64,000 bases of DNA from Asterias rubens. Its lineage: Eukaryota. The notes beneath the pieces were generated by a model. That model did no database searches. It was not told the DNA's origin and saw nothing but the letters and a program-made list of their open reading frames with translations. A program made the translations under genes and the position numbers. The stretch is from NCBI RefSeq assembly GCF_902459465.1, contig NC_047069.1, positions 19,902,001 to 19,966,000 of the forward strand. The letters are read 5' to 3'. Below, one piece after another: positions 35,908 through 49,349 of the stretch; position 1 is the first letter of the stretch, and every line of letters starts with the position of its first letter.

Positions 35908-36337
35908 AGGCATGGTACGTTTGGTAATCACTCTTAAAATTAGTGGCAATACAATCTTTTGGTTGTCAAGCCAATACAGCAACTGTCGATAATATAAAGC
36001 ATTTGAAAAAAAAACAAATTCACTTCAAAATAATGTAGTTATCAAAAAAAAGATTTGATGCCCCTAAATTTGTATCCGAGCTTCACAAATTGTGAATTAC
36101 AATTACAAGGGATTATTCTTCATGCGTGAACATATCCGCTCCGGATTTGTGGCGAAAAACGCGACAACTTTTTAATGGATATTTTCATAATTTAAAAACA
36201 ATCGTTTCATTATTCTTTTGCAACTTCGACGACCAATTGAGCCCGAATCTTCACAGATTTGTTATTTAATGCCTACATGGTATACCCCGAAGGTTAGAAT
36301 ACTGGTGTTTGACAATAACCAAAGGTGTCCAGTGCCT
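35908..36337 (+). mobile_element. Longer (430-bp) family-A-related MITE; degenerate relatives near 10265-10620, 11420-11790 and 26600-26780
   Basis: TTAA at 35904-35907 and 36338-36341; the 3' half matches family A. Confidence 0.75.
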
Positions 36338-38734
36338 TTAAGGTGCCATTATGTGAGATTCTCAGTTCAACACGTTAATCTAAGTGAACATCTTACATGC
36401 ACTAAACCCAGCCCATGGAAGCTGTCAAGTCATGGTCTTGATATGTTAAAGTCTATTGACAGTCCACTCCAGGTCCCCCACTTAAACACCACCGAGCATT
36501 TGTTTCAGTTTGCTCTCAACCTTAAGAGAGGCTAGTCTAGAGAGGAACGGACACAAGGAGACCTTCGTGGACTGGTTATGAAATGAGATGCTCCCCCTTC
36601 AGATCGCAGCGGAATCCCTCCCACTAGGACATCCTTTCTAAATCAACTATTCTATTCAATGAGTGTCCTTACAGGTTGTGGGTTCGAATCCTACCAAGCT
36701 AGCCATAGATTTCACAACGGATAGAATTATAAGTATTTTTATACTATGATTGTTTTAAAAAGCACATAATACGATTCACACTGCCTCTAGCTACCGGGTG
36801 TTACATCTAGTAGGATAAAACCCCTAAATAACACTTTTTATCCCCGATGCAAATTTAACATAACTAGTATTGTCGTTTTGTTACTGGATCACAACTTATT
36901 GATTTGTGCAATCTAAAATCATATACGTTAAACCAAACTTCGTATGAAAGAGACTGGCTAGGTTGGTGTTAATAACCCCCTTGTAGGAGTTTGCCTAGTT
37001 GTCAGGATGGGAAGATCAGATAGTAGATTTTGTTCTCTGTGACTAAACATCATTACCGCAAACAGAATAACACATTCATACCTTACCATGAAATGCCCCA
37101 TGACCTAATAAAATTCAAGTGCGTTGAGTGAATAATTGAAGTAAAATGGTACACAAACAGCATCATTAGTTTGATGTTGTTGTTTTCAAGACGTAAACAG
37201 GTCAGTGCGCCATCCAGGAAGTCGTTGACTATTATTGGTACATCATTCTAATTAGTGCATCCCCTTCGTTCTTAAAAATATAATTATGTTATCACATCAC
37301 CATTTCTTGTCTTGTTATGCTTCTTTGTGGCTAACAAAGATATGTTTTTTTTGTAGTTTGGTTTATTATGCCTTTGGCAACTTTGATCCCCGACGAAAAC
37401 AAATGTTATTTTCCTACCAATGCTTTCTTCAAATGTTGACGATACGGATAATAATGTTTAAGGTTTTGAAGTTATTCTACAGGGTAAACTCTGTAGTGTA
37501 AACACTATCCTCAGTGCTGAGTATACTTAATGCTGGAGAAGTGAACCGAGATCACTGTGCCGTTCGCCGTGCTGGTTACCGTTTAGAGCCTTAAGCCCGT
37601 GTCATACTTTTTTTGGGGGGAGCAAGCATTTGTTTTATTCCATACACAACAAACATACAAAACGAAGTAGATACGAATTTTGACGTCACAAGTTCGGAAG
37701 GAACAACACACAGTAGCTGACTTGTGCTGAACTGTGAAACATTCGCAGTGAGGGCAGCCATGTGACCTCAACGTTCGTATCGTATTGCATTCGCAGCAAG
37801 TAAGAACCGGGATTTAAAAAGCATTATACAGCTGCTGAGACCGAGTGGTCGAGGTTCTTTACAGGTTGGATCTTATAGGCTGTATACACATACGTCACAG
37901 CCAGTCTGGCCCGTAGATGGCGTGTTGCTGCTTTGGATGCAGTGATGACGCAGTAAGTTATGTGTGTGGCCCCGTATTCAATGCGTGCCAATTACTTATA
38001 GACACCACCCTTACGATCATCATGTTACTTCACGTCGCCACGCAAGCATATTATAAATTACACATCACAACTTTTGCTAAACTTTCTGACAACGTTAATG
38101 ACCGACTCCAAAAGACTCAGGTCTCCAGTGTTTGTTTTTTGTTGTATATTCACTCAAAGTGAAAACCAGTATCGTGATGAACAATCTTAAAATTGCATGA
38201 TCCGATTTTCACCGAAAGTACATTTGTTGTCAAAAAGACCTTTTTCCATCTAAACTAATTTTGACATAGGGTGCTGTTTCTAAACGAAAAACGTACGCAT
38301 ATTATCCGCAAAGTACCTGTAACATGCAACTATTATTGTACACTACTACTGGTCGTAATTAGTGTCTGGGTCCCGACCCGACAATAATAATTTTACAGTC
38401 TTTATTATAGTTGGCCACGGTTTATAAATGGCCCTTAGATTCTATCAAGCTAAGAAAATGCTTGCTTGCAGAAACAGGCTACTGAGCCAAAATTCGATCT
38501 ACTATATGTGACGCCGTCTCTACGTTATTCTTGGTAGATCAATTCGCTAAGCACTGTTTTTTTTTTATCCAGCAGCCAGCTCATATGAAATATTTGGCCA
38601 TCTATATGTCCAATTTCATAACAAGCATGTTGTAAGTAGAGCACATGCACAGAAAGGTTCCGCTAAGCAGAAACCGGTTACCAGCCAACATGCTATATCA
38701 TTATGTTCAGATAGTTAAGTTAGTTTAGTCCCGG

Positions 38735-39290
38735 TGTGACGGACTCAGAGCTCCGGCGTACTTAAAGCTCCGGATTATCAAATACGATAGTATTACGTCA
38801 TGCCAAGCCTGCGCGCACCAAGCGAAAGTAGTCGATTTTTAGTGCCGTGCCGAGTCGACCAACTGTTTTGCTCTACGTACTCTCGGTAGCTAGCTGTCAT
38901 GGCGGCGTCCACAACACAAGTAAATCGTGTGGTGAACGAGTGGAGCGTCTACGACAGTATGGCGAAAAAAAGTAATCACATAATAAAGTATTTGAGGAGT
39001 GGAAATTATAAAGAAGGTTCTTCTGAAACCCAGAACAGAAGGGTTTGGGGTTGCCCGTCGAATTAGCACTCGTACGATAACAAACCAGGTCTCGAAGATT
39101 TATTCGCGGCGGTATGGTGGGGGAGGAGGCTAGCATAGCACCTGATACTCACGCCCGCAACGACAGCATGCTACGTCATCTGGGAAAGCTTAGCACGCCC
39201 GAGATATCTGAGACCGTGATTACTGCGTTCCGAAATGCCCGGTGACGTCACCCGGAGCTCTGAGTACGCCGGACGGCTGAGGCCGCGACA
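38735..39290. mobile_element. Non-autonomous Ginger1-like DNA transposon (556 bp)
   Basis: TGT...ACA termini, 39-bp TIRs (31/39 match) and a 4-bp TSD CCGG (38731-38734 and 39291-39294). Confidence 0.75.
38899..39066 (+). pseudogene. 55-aa truncated ORF inside the Ginger1-like element, possibly the transposase N-terminus
   Basis: MAASTTQVNRVVNEWSVYDSMAKKSNHIIKYLRSGNYKEGSSETQNRRVWGCPSN. IIKYLRSGNY.EG resembles the segment that precedes the HHCC finger in GIN1/Ginger-type integrases. Confidence 0.4.
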
Positions 39291-42200
39291 CCGGGGCGAA
39301 TATAGTTTCGTCGCCACGCAAGTTAGTTTAGTCACCATATCGAGATAGTTAAGAAAGTCCAGTTCAGATAGTTAAGTTGGCACGGGATATAAATTATAAT
39401 TAGTTATAAAGGGGAGATAGTATACAAGTAATGGAAAAATAGTTGTGACCCTTTACGCTTCATAGCTTATGTTGACAAATCATTAATTAATAATAACAAT
39501 GAACAGTTTTTATATAGCGCAGAAGTCTCAAAGTGCTTTTGGAAAGCTAATAGTGAAAAACCAGGACTGTTGAACACACAAATCAGTGTCTTTAACAAAG
39601 TGAAGTTCCCCACAGATCACGTATAGCCACTTATAACAACTATAGGAATCTACGCGTGAAGTGAGCTGTGAAAGACAACTGAGCAAAGTCACCTCATACT
39701 CCCACGCACAATAGATGTCTCATTCTGAAGAGCCCAAAATAACCACCTCGAGACCACGACGGTACTCCTCGATGTTTACAATGCAGCATCTTAAGTCCGA
39801 ACAACTGATACAATACAAACGCACCTCTGTGAAATGTATCATCTGACCTATGTCGTCTAACACCGATCTTTGTTAACCACACCATTTTCCGTATTCAGGG
39901 CTTGTATACTCTATTCAACCAGCGGACGCTCAATGTTTGCGCGAACACGTGTGGCGTATCAAAAATGCCAGAAATAGCCCGCCAAAAAGTCACCGTTGCT
40001 CACTTCGCGTCCTTTAGTGGTATTTACTTAAAGAACAGGAGCACACTGTAATGCTCTAGTGAAAACACTTGTCAACTCTAAGACAGACAAAAGGTATCTG
40101 ACATCTTAAAGATTGTACAGGATGAATGGTGCAGAAATGTCAACTTGTGAGGCAGGAATAGCATTTTATTATTTGAGTTGTTAGGTTAAGATAAGAGACA
40201 TGGATTCAAGATAGGCCTCTCGATGTAATTTAATCCATGGAAAAACACAAGTCCACTTTATATTATAAAGAAACAGTGGTCACGTACCTTCGTGAACATG
40301 ATTGTAAGATTCAAGTGGGATTTTAAAAGGATTGTTTTAACCTAAAGGTTATGGCTATAAAATGACCCAGGCATTCTAATCCACTTTATAAACGGAGACT
40401 AAGTTTTACATTTTACTACACGCCCTCTTTTGTTAAAATAATGTCACCACACAGTGAACAAAATTGCTATAGATTTGACAAAATGTTAGTCAACCTTATT
40501 GGACTTGTATGACCTTTTTTTGCACCGACTTCTTATTATGTATGGTAAGTATACTTAGTATACAATGCTTAAAACATATTGGTGTATGGTACCAAAGTTT
40601 GTCGCTTCTTCCGGCTCTAAATACGTTTTAAGTAACTTTACCTCAAATCTCAAATCTCATGGCAGAAACTTACATTTCTGAGAACACTTTCAAATAACAA
40701 TCTAGTTGTTGTAAATTTCTATCACATAAATTCTTTTGAATTGAATAAAGACCAATTGACTAGAGCGATATCTAAACACACGACCTCCAGCTTAACGTTT
40801 CGGTGCTCTGCCAACTGTTCGCAAGTCAAAGTTTTGTTCAAACCAATAAAAAAAACAAGTCAGTTTCCATTGTATGGTTTATTAGTTATTGTATACATCC
40901 TCGTACAAAAACTAGCTCAGTATAATTCCTATGGACTTCTGGTCATCAGTGGTGTCTGTTTGTGTGAAGTGGGCGTGGCTTAAAGTGAAATGACGTCACA
41001 CTTATGATCAGGGTAGATTTGCGAGGATAGGAAAACATTGAATTGTCTTATGATCAATGGTTTATCACATTGCACTCAAATACAAAAACATACATGTAGA
41101 CCAGGGTGTTAGTGATAGTGTATCATCAACACACATCGAGCCGGTGAGGGGTGCCGCGTGTGTATCGTCCTGACGGACTGCGTACGGACATGGTGCGACT
41201 GCGTACCATCCCAAACGGACTCCGTGCGTGCATAACTACCGCCGGGCAAAGGGATAGCGCAAGGCCATTAAGACTAGGGATAGATACGATGTTATAGAAA
41301 TGTTTGCGGTAACACCATAATGACTATCTCTAATGAGTTGAGGTGGTTCTGAAAACGTTCTGCAACTCGACGTTTCGATCAGTATGCTCTGATGGTCTTC
41401 TGGAGAAAGACGAAACGATGTTATTTAATGTGGCCCGCAATAGCTGAAGCGGGAAGAACCAAAAGCCCGAACGCACGACTAGTTCGCAAATGTCATTGAT
41501 CTGTGTAGATGTATGGTGCTTCCTTTCATTTGACATTGGCTCCTATAATTTACACCCCCTGCTGCTCGCTCAACTCGTCATCTTGAATTATGTTCGCTTA
41601 AAAAAAAAAAAACGAATCACACACGAATCTGCGTCTACGAATAACAATGATCATGGAGTGGAATAATTACGGAAATAAGTACTATACGCCCCCCCCCCCC
41701 GAAGAAGAGGATGTGATCATTATAACTTTCATATTGACTCCTACGGAGCCCCTGAAGTGACATGTAAAATACATTAACAGGTATACAAGAAAATAATGGT
41801 CAAATTATTTCGTTTCCTCGAAATAGGGGGAGCGACAACATAATATTTTGAGGGAACGAAATAGTATTTTGGAGGAATTGAATAATATTTGAATATAATA
41901 ATAACCCTGACAGCCCCTGTACAACTTGTAATTACTGGTTTGATTTGCAGAATATTGCACAACCGCACCATGCAAACCATTTAATGGTGCTATCGGTATC
42001 ATTGTAGTCCAACATACCTTGTAGGCAAATATAGCCTTGTCCAAGGGTCTTTACGCAAGCACCGGGCCCGCTGTGAGTGTCGGGCGACGAACTGCATAAC
42101 TGGCACGGTACTTGGTATATGTACAGTACTTGGTAGCGTGGGTTCGAAGCTTGGTTTTTCGAGGTTTTTAACCTCGTACAACTAGGCCGAAAAAACCCTC

Positions 42201-42341
42201 GAAAAAACATATTTCGACCCTATGGTACCAAGTACAGTACATGTGTATCAAATACCCAGTACCGTGTGCCAGCACACGTGTCAGTACATGTATCATGTAG
42301 TTCGTCGTGCAACCCTACGTCTTGGAGAGCGGGCGGGCCGG

Positions 42342-42758
42342 TGTGCATGCAATTATGTCCTCTGTGCAGTACTATGCGGAGGACATTATTGCATATGCAA
42401 TAATGTCTGCCGGACGCTGCTGCATATGCAGTTGTGTCCGCCCAGTGCAAAACCGTCCTTTCAGTAATTTAAACGCCCTTGGTCGACGGAACACGTTCGC
42501 CATTTTTGTTACAAGGTAAGTGCATGTCATGAATGACATGGGAAAAGTTCGGCCGTTGGGAGCTACTATCATAAAATACGTGAATATTTGTTATAGGACT
42601 ACGTAAGTTCAGTGCATGCACGTTCGCTTACGCGCGCACATACAAACAGTCATGTACATGTCCGCCGGACGTTTTTTTGCATAGCCCCGGACACGATTGC
42701 ATATGCAAAAGTGTCCGGAGCGGATAGTATTGCATGGCGGACACAATTGCATCTGACA
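42342..42758. mobile_element. Second Ginger1-like non-autonomous element (417 bp), unrelated in sequence to the first
   Basis: CCGG|TGT...ACA|CCGG (42338-42341 and 42759-42762); ~65-nt imperfect TIRs containing TTGCATATGCAA palindromes. Confidence 0.65.
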
Positions 42759-43942
42759 CCGGCCGGGTGCTTATATAACATAACAAACCTGTGAAAATTT
42801 AGGCTCAATTGGTCATCGGAGTCGGAAGAAAATAACGGGATGACCCACCCTTGTTTCCACACGTTTCGCCGTGTAATGACATGTGTTTAAAATAAATCCG
42901 TAAATCCCGGTATCGAGAATTGATAACGGTTTAAATGTTTTCTCAAAAAGTAAAGCATTTCATGCAATAGTATTTCAAGAGATGGCATTCACCATTACCT
43001 TCTGTAAACCCTGTAAGTTATTTGTAAATCTGTAATCGTTTTTTGTCTGTTCCGTTCTTTTCAGAACCACCACAACTCATTAAGAGATAGCCATAGCCCA
43101 TGGTCTTACCGCAAACTATTCTGTACCGTATTTCCACCATGCAAAGTTTCAAACCCTACTAGTATTTGATTGGTTTGTTTAAGTATTATACCAACCCGTT
43201 AAATAAAGGACGGTTGTCACCACACAACTCGATGAAATATTGTACGTGTCAAGGGTACTGAGCCATGTAAGAAGTTTCGTTGTCAGAAAGTGTATAAATT
43301 TTATTCTGACCATACGAACCCTGTTTATTACAACAGTAAAGTCCCATAACGAGATTGGTCTGCCAGCCAGCAGGGGCCAGTGAGGTAGACAGAGGGCCAT
43401 TGAGGTCGAACACCTCCCAAAGGTTCTTCACCGGCGAGACGCTGGCCGTGGAAAAGTAAACCCATCATTTAACCGTGGCTCACACGCGTGCCCAACACAT
43501 CATCCAAGTATTTGCACGTGCCATTTGTCTGAGTCATCTAGACTTGACTCAAGTCCCGATCCCGTGAGGTTACTTTTATTCCACGTCAGAAAACTCCCCC
43601 AACCAGTGTCGCAATAGCTTCATTTTGACTGCGGACCTCTCGTCCGAAAATGGGACTTGAATAAAGTCTATGAATCACACGGCCATTCAGCTGTCACGTC
43701 GTACGTTATTACTCAATTTTTAGGGCGCAGATGGTCGGGTGGAGGAGATTGGAAGACCATCTGGGGACCAAAGGTCATCCCAGGGTTCTGGAGGTCACTG
43801 TCTCGGAAGACCCGGTCAAAGCTAAAGGGCCATATTGCTTTCAGATTTGGCGCTTTGGGCTATAAAATAAATTTGTTATGAAAGGATGGTTGGAAAGATG
43901 TTTTAAAAGTAGAAAACAATGATTCACACAAACATTTCTTAT

Positions 43943-45599
43943 AGGCATGGACACTATTTGCAATTACTCACAAAATTGCATACAAAGTTACTTGGTAACG
44001 AGCATTGGGGAGTTGTTGTTATTGGTATATGAAACATCGTGAGGAAAGGCTCCCTCTGAGGTTACGTAGTTTTTGAGAAAGAGGTAACTTATCACTCAAA
44101 TATTAATAAAAGACTTCGGTATTATTTAAGTGCATCTGAAAGCACACAAAGTAATGCAACAAGGGTGTTTTTCTTTCATTATTCTCTTGCAAATTCGACG
44201 ACCAATTGAGCCCAAATTTTCACAGGTTTGTTCTTTTATGAATAATTTATTTTGGGTTAATACACCAAGTGAGAATACTGCTCTTTGAAAACTACAAAAC
44301 TTGTCTTTAGTGCCTTTAAACATTTGTGGTGAACTTAAGTGTCCGCCATAGTATCCAATGTTTGACTCAAAAATCAAACTACAGACTACTTTAGTTCACT
44401 AAGTAAAATAAACCAACTCACAATTTCTATATGGGTGTTGTTGAGATTCATTATTCTACCTTTAAATATACTGGACACTATTGGTAATTGTCAAAGACTA
44501 GTCGTCACAATTGGTGTATCTCAACATATGCATAAAATAACGAACCTGTGAAAATTTGAGCTCAATCGGTCGTCAAAGTTGCGAGATAACAATGCAAGAA
44601 AAAAAAAAACCTTGTCACACCAATGTTGTGTGCTTTCAGATGCTTGATTTCGAAACCTCAAATTCTAAATCTGAGGTCTCGAAATCAAATTCGTGGAAAA
44701 TTACTTCTTTCTCGAAAACTACTCCACTTCAGAGGGAGCAGTTCATACAATGTTTTATACCATCAACCTCTCCCCATTACTCGTTATCAAGTTAGGTTTA
44801 ATTGACATAATTATTTTGTGTATTTACCAATAGTGACCACTGCCTTTAATTCGCGAACACCAGCCCCTAAACCAGTCATAGTCATTTCATAACAAGCGTT
44901 TTTGTAGCCCAAAAGCGCCCAGATCCGAAGGCAATGAGATAATGTTGATAATTGGGGAAGTCTAATCGTCATCTTGCAGATGAGAAGCCTAATTGCGAAG
45001 GATGAGACAGCTAAATATTATTGTGTTGACAAGCAGTAGGCATTCAAGGGGAACTGAGGGCGCTTTGGTAGCCAGCAGCCACATCAACCCTAGCCATACA
45101 CGGAGCATAGATAGCGAGAGAGATATAAAGTGTTTGATTCTCCAGGAAGGGAGGGAAACTGGAGGGCCTGGAGGATAACCAAGGCACCAATGGTCATCAG
45201 TGCCGAGACGCTGGCCGTGGAAAGTTAACGCGTCATTTAAAGGCAATGGACACTAGCGGTTAAATGTCAAAGACCAGTCTTCTCACTTTGTGTTTCTCAA
45301 CATAAGAATAAAATAGCAAACCTGTGAAAGTTTGGGCTCGATTGGTCGTCAGCGAGATAACTATGAAAGAAAAAACACCCATGTTACACGAAGTTGTGTG
45401 CTTTCAGATGCTTGATTTCGAGACCTCAAACTTGAGGTATCGAAATCAAATTCCTTGAAATTATTTCCTTCTCGAAAACTACGTCACTTCAGAGGGAGCC
45501 GTTTCTCACAATGAGTTATACTACCAACCTCTCCCCTTTACTCATTACCAAGTGAGGTTTCTTGCTGATAATTATTTTGAGTAATTACCAATAGTGTCC
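43943..45599. mobile_element. Cluster of three family-A MITEs: 43943-44315 (+), 44466-44845 (-), 45241-45599 (-)
   Basis: Consensus body in each, with TTAA flanks at 44316, 44462, 44846 and 45237. Confidence 0.85.
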
Positions 45600-45853
45600 G
45601 CAAAACACGTTTACACACACAAGCGTTTCACACAAGTCATTTTTAGTATTGGCACGTGCCATACGCCTCTCTTAATATTCACGCATGACGTCATAATTCC
45701 TAGAACCTGAGGCTATGGATTCCTCTCATTCATCGCGGTACAACCAAACCGAGGCTTGGATGGCGAGAAGTCTGGGCCCCATGTCGTGGCTCTTCACTTG
45801 AGGTTAACTTTGCTTACGGTAGAGCCTAAAAAAATGAGCTGCTCAAGCATTAA

Positions 45854-46180
45854 AGCCATATTCACTTTCGGTACAGAAAAAGAAGAAAAAAAGTTCACTG
45901 ATTTACAAATAATTTACAGGGTTCACAGAAGGTGATGGTGAAAGACTTCTCTTAAAATATTGTTCCATGAAATGCTTTACTTTTTGAGAAAACATTAAAA
46001 CAATATCAATTCTCGATAGCGAGAATTACGGATTTATTTTAAACACATGTCATGACACGGCGAAACGTGCGGAAACAAGGGTGGGTTTTCCCGTCATTGT
46101 CTCCCGACTCCGATGACCGATTGAGCCTAACTTTTCACAGGTTTGTTATTTTATATAAGTTGTAATACACGAAGTGTGGG
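45854..46180 (+). mobile_element. Family-B T2/Kolobok-like MITE, right end truncated; partial minus copy at 42772-43050
   Basis: Near-identical to the full copy at 54228-54589. Confidence 0.85.
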
Positions 46181-46794
46181 ACAAAATTATGCTTACCAGA
46201 ATAAGGTTACCAGCCATTTTATCATGTCACATCTGCAATTTGTGACTGATATCCTGCTTATTCCATAAATTTGTAAGCAAAATACACCTACCACAGCAGC
46301 TCTTTGAAATTGGGCCCTAGTAATGACGATGTTCGTTTCGGTAACGTGGCTAATATCGCACCACAAATTGCTCAAGATATCGGTACAAAACAAAATAACT
46401 AGAGCAAAATTCATAGACTTGGTTAGTCCCTTCGGGCCAGTCGATGTTGCGCCCGCTATCAGAGGCGAATACCACAACTGAAGGGAAAACTTGCCTTGGT
46501 CTGAGCGATTTGGGCCATAAAAAGCGTTCGGTATAACATAGATAATGGTTGGAAACATGTATCTTTCAATAGTTTAATAAAGTTATCCACAGAAATTACT
46601 CTTCAAATTGTTTTCTTCATTTTACTTCGTGAAATAACACGGTCCGTCATTTTGACTGAAGCAAATAAACATTTGACTATGTGGATCATTATGACATCTG
46701 CCCAATGCACCCAATCCAATGCCACATGTCCCTTTAATGAGCCAATTAACAGAAGTTCGGGTATATCGTTCACAATGAACAATCTGGTTGAACA

Positions 46795-47125
46795 GAAAAT
46801 TACTTGTTAAACGATCAATGGAGAGCTGCTGACAGAATAAAACGTTGTGAGAAACGGCTCCCTCTAAAGTAACGTAGTTTTCGAGAAAGACGTAATTTTC
46901 CATTAAAATATTTGAGCTTGATTTCCGGACACCTTAGAATTTAGATTTTTAGGTCTCGAGAAGCAGACAACTTAGTGTGACAAGGGTGTTTTTTCTTCGA
47001 TTATTCTCTCGCAACTTCGACGACTAATTGAGTTCAAATTTGCACAAGTTTGTTATTTAAACATTATGTTAAGATACACCAATTGAGAAGACTTGTCTAT
47101 GTAAATTACGAAAATAACAGTGTCT
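46795..47125 (+). mobile_element. Degenerate family-A MITE
   Basis: GTGAGAAACGGCTCCCTCT and GTGACAAGGGTGTTTTT blocks; ends CAGTGTCT-TTAA. Confidence 0.8.
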
Positions 47126-48136
47126 TTAAAGGCACAAAGAAATTATCTCCGAGTTTGGCTGTATGATTTTGGAAGGGCTGAACCCCTCCACATTATTTAA
47201 TGGTCTGCTGGAAATCCGTTATTCAAGGCTTTCTTTCTTTGCTGTTTTGTTTTATTTTCATGAGACAACTAATCAAGGCAGCGCAAAGAATTAGTTCATC
47301 AAACATAACGACGGCTAGATTGTATCAGTGTTTGTGGGTTCTTTTTTATAACTATGGGTATCCGGGTTTTAGTTTTTTGATTGTCTTGTTATGACACTTT
47401 TGTAAATATACGAAGAAGAAGAAAAAAATAGATATAATAATAATATCAATAGTAACAATACAAAACAAAATTGCTGCTTCTAAAGTCATTTTTGAGAGTT
47501 TTTTCCCGACAATTTGTCAGGCAGCCGTTGATTTGTACTGTTATAAAAACAATGCTTACTTATTTTGAAGACGTCTAATGAAGAATACATTGAAAGAAGT
47601 CCAAGGTTTTGAAATGAATTGGATAGGATTACTAGAAGACCTCAGTGTAGGACTTCACCGTGGAAAAAATGCAGATTCAATTAGTTTGAGATTTGTTTTT
47701 CCCCCCAAGGATAAATGAAAATTTGGTTCTGTTCTGTAATCATGACCAAGAGGTGACATCATGACCTAATTTTAAGATGGTTTGCGGGACGGGGATCTCG
47801 TGTCCAAACAAATGAGCAGGATACCAGTCACAGGTGTGAAAGTAGCAACATGTTTTATGGTTGGTAACTTTTAAAGATAAGTTGTTTGGTGCGGGTAATA
47901 GTGGTTCATTCTACTTTTGAAGCCCCTGACCGACATAGCCGGGGTTTTTTTTCGTTTTTTTTTTTTCATTTTGGTTCGTCTTCGGTTTAGTTGTATTAAT
48001 GTTGTCTTGGCCCGTTTAAGTTTAAGTTGTTAATAGGTGTATTGCTTATGCTTACTTTTATGTTATTTTGTACATATTTATTATTTTGTGCTTTTATACA
48101 TATTTTTGTACATTTTGTGTTGTTATGGTCAAATAA

Positions 48137-48345
48137 ATAATAATAATAGCTTTAATAATCTAAGCATTTATGTAGCATTCTTACACACAAAAGGTACCAC
48201 AACGCTTTACCACAATTATCACAAGCAATACAAAAATAACAATTAACAAATTAACAAAGGAATGAGAATGAAATTAAGAGCCTAATAAGCAAAATAAGTC
48301 TAAAAAAGGGTGAGTTTTCAGTGATATTTGAAATCAGAAAGTAAA
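48137..48345 (-). mobile_element. L2-like LINE 3' end (duplicated at about 50170-50380)
   Basis: The minus strand reads FQISLKTHPF (compare L2 FK..LKTHLF), then a UTR and a TATTATTATT tail. Confidence 0.55.
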
Positions 48346-48696
48346 ATAGCATAACTTGCTTAGCACAGAAAAAAAGTGTTGCTTAACAGAAACAGGTTAC
48401 AAGCCAAAATGTTATTAAGTTTCGCTGATGTGACTGGTGCCCCACTCAAATTTTCCTTCCATTTTTTTTATTTTAGTAAAGCAGTTATTTTTTTCTGCTT
48501 TAATTACAGCTTTTTGAAAATGGGACCTAGTGGCAATTATACTTGGTTTGACGTTTTCTGTTTTAACTACATTTGAAGGTTAATTGAATTAGTAGATCTG
48601 TAGATTAAAGACCATGTACATTGTCAAAGACCAATCTTCTCACTTGGTGTCTGTAATTGTATTTTTTAACGTTTTTTAACAAAAGGGCATTTATGA

Positions 48697-48875
48697 ATGG
48701 GAATAAAAGAGTGGTGACTCGTTCTTTCACATCCGTTTAAAACCGTGCAGGGTCGTTGCCGTGCGATAAATGTCTTCGCCTTCGGCTCGGGCCTTTATCG
48801 CACGGCAATTCGACCCTGCTGGCTTTAAACGGCCGTGTAAGAACTCGTCGCTGCCCTTTCATTCCCTTAATCATT
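48697..48875. mobile_element. Palindromic MITE (duplicated at 50730-50908)
   Basis: Inner perfect arms TTGCCGTGCGATAAA / TTTATCGCACGGCAA, nested in longer imperfect arms. Confidence 0.8.
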
Positions 48876-49318
48876 GAGAAAAAGAGAAGAGAGACATTGA
48901 ACCGAGCAAATATTCCGAATCTTGTGTGTTTCGTAATCCAAGAAATAAGACCATTCTTCACGCGTTTGTTGAACACGTGGGAAAACCCTACATGCTACAT
49001 GCGGTGAAAGTAACAACAAACTACATAATAGAAACATTTTAAATATTGACTTGGTTTAATGACACCGGAAAGAATTACCCAAATCTTCATCACTAAGGCG
49101 GCTTTATCTCTAAGGATTTAGCGACAATCGCGTGAAGATGAGAGACCCACACAGAGATGAATTATTTATTAAGGGGTAGTTTGTTTACACCAACCTGACG
49201 TTGAGCACAGCATGCTTCATCGGGTGCAACATTTGACAATTGCGGGTGTAGTTCTCAGGATATGTGTGTATGTCAATCCTCCACCGCCAACCCCCCCCCC
49301 CACCCACCTCCCCCCCCC

Positions 49319-49349
<31 letters not shown>

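Noticed and set aside
43720-43835. Kinesin-like FSFDRVF on the minus strand
   Set aside because: It is a 7-residue match with no downstream kinesin motifs and a stop soon after.
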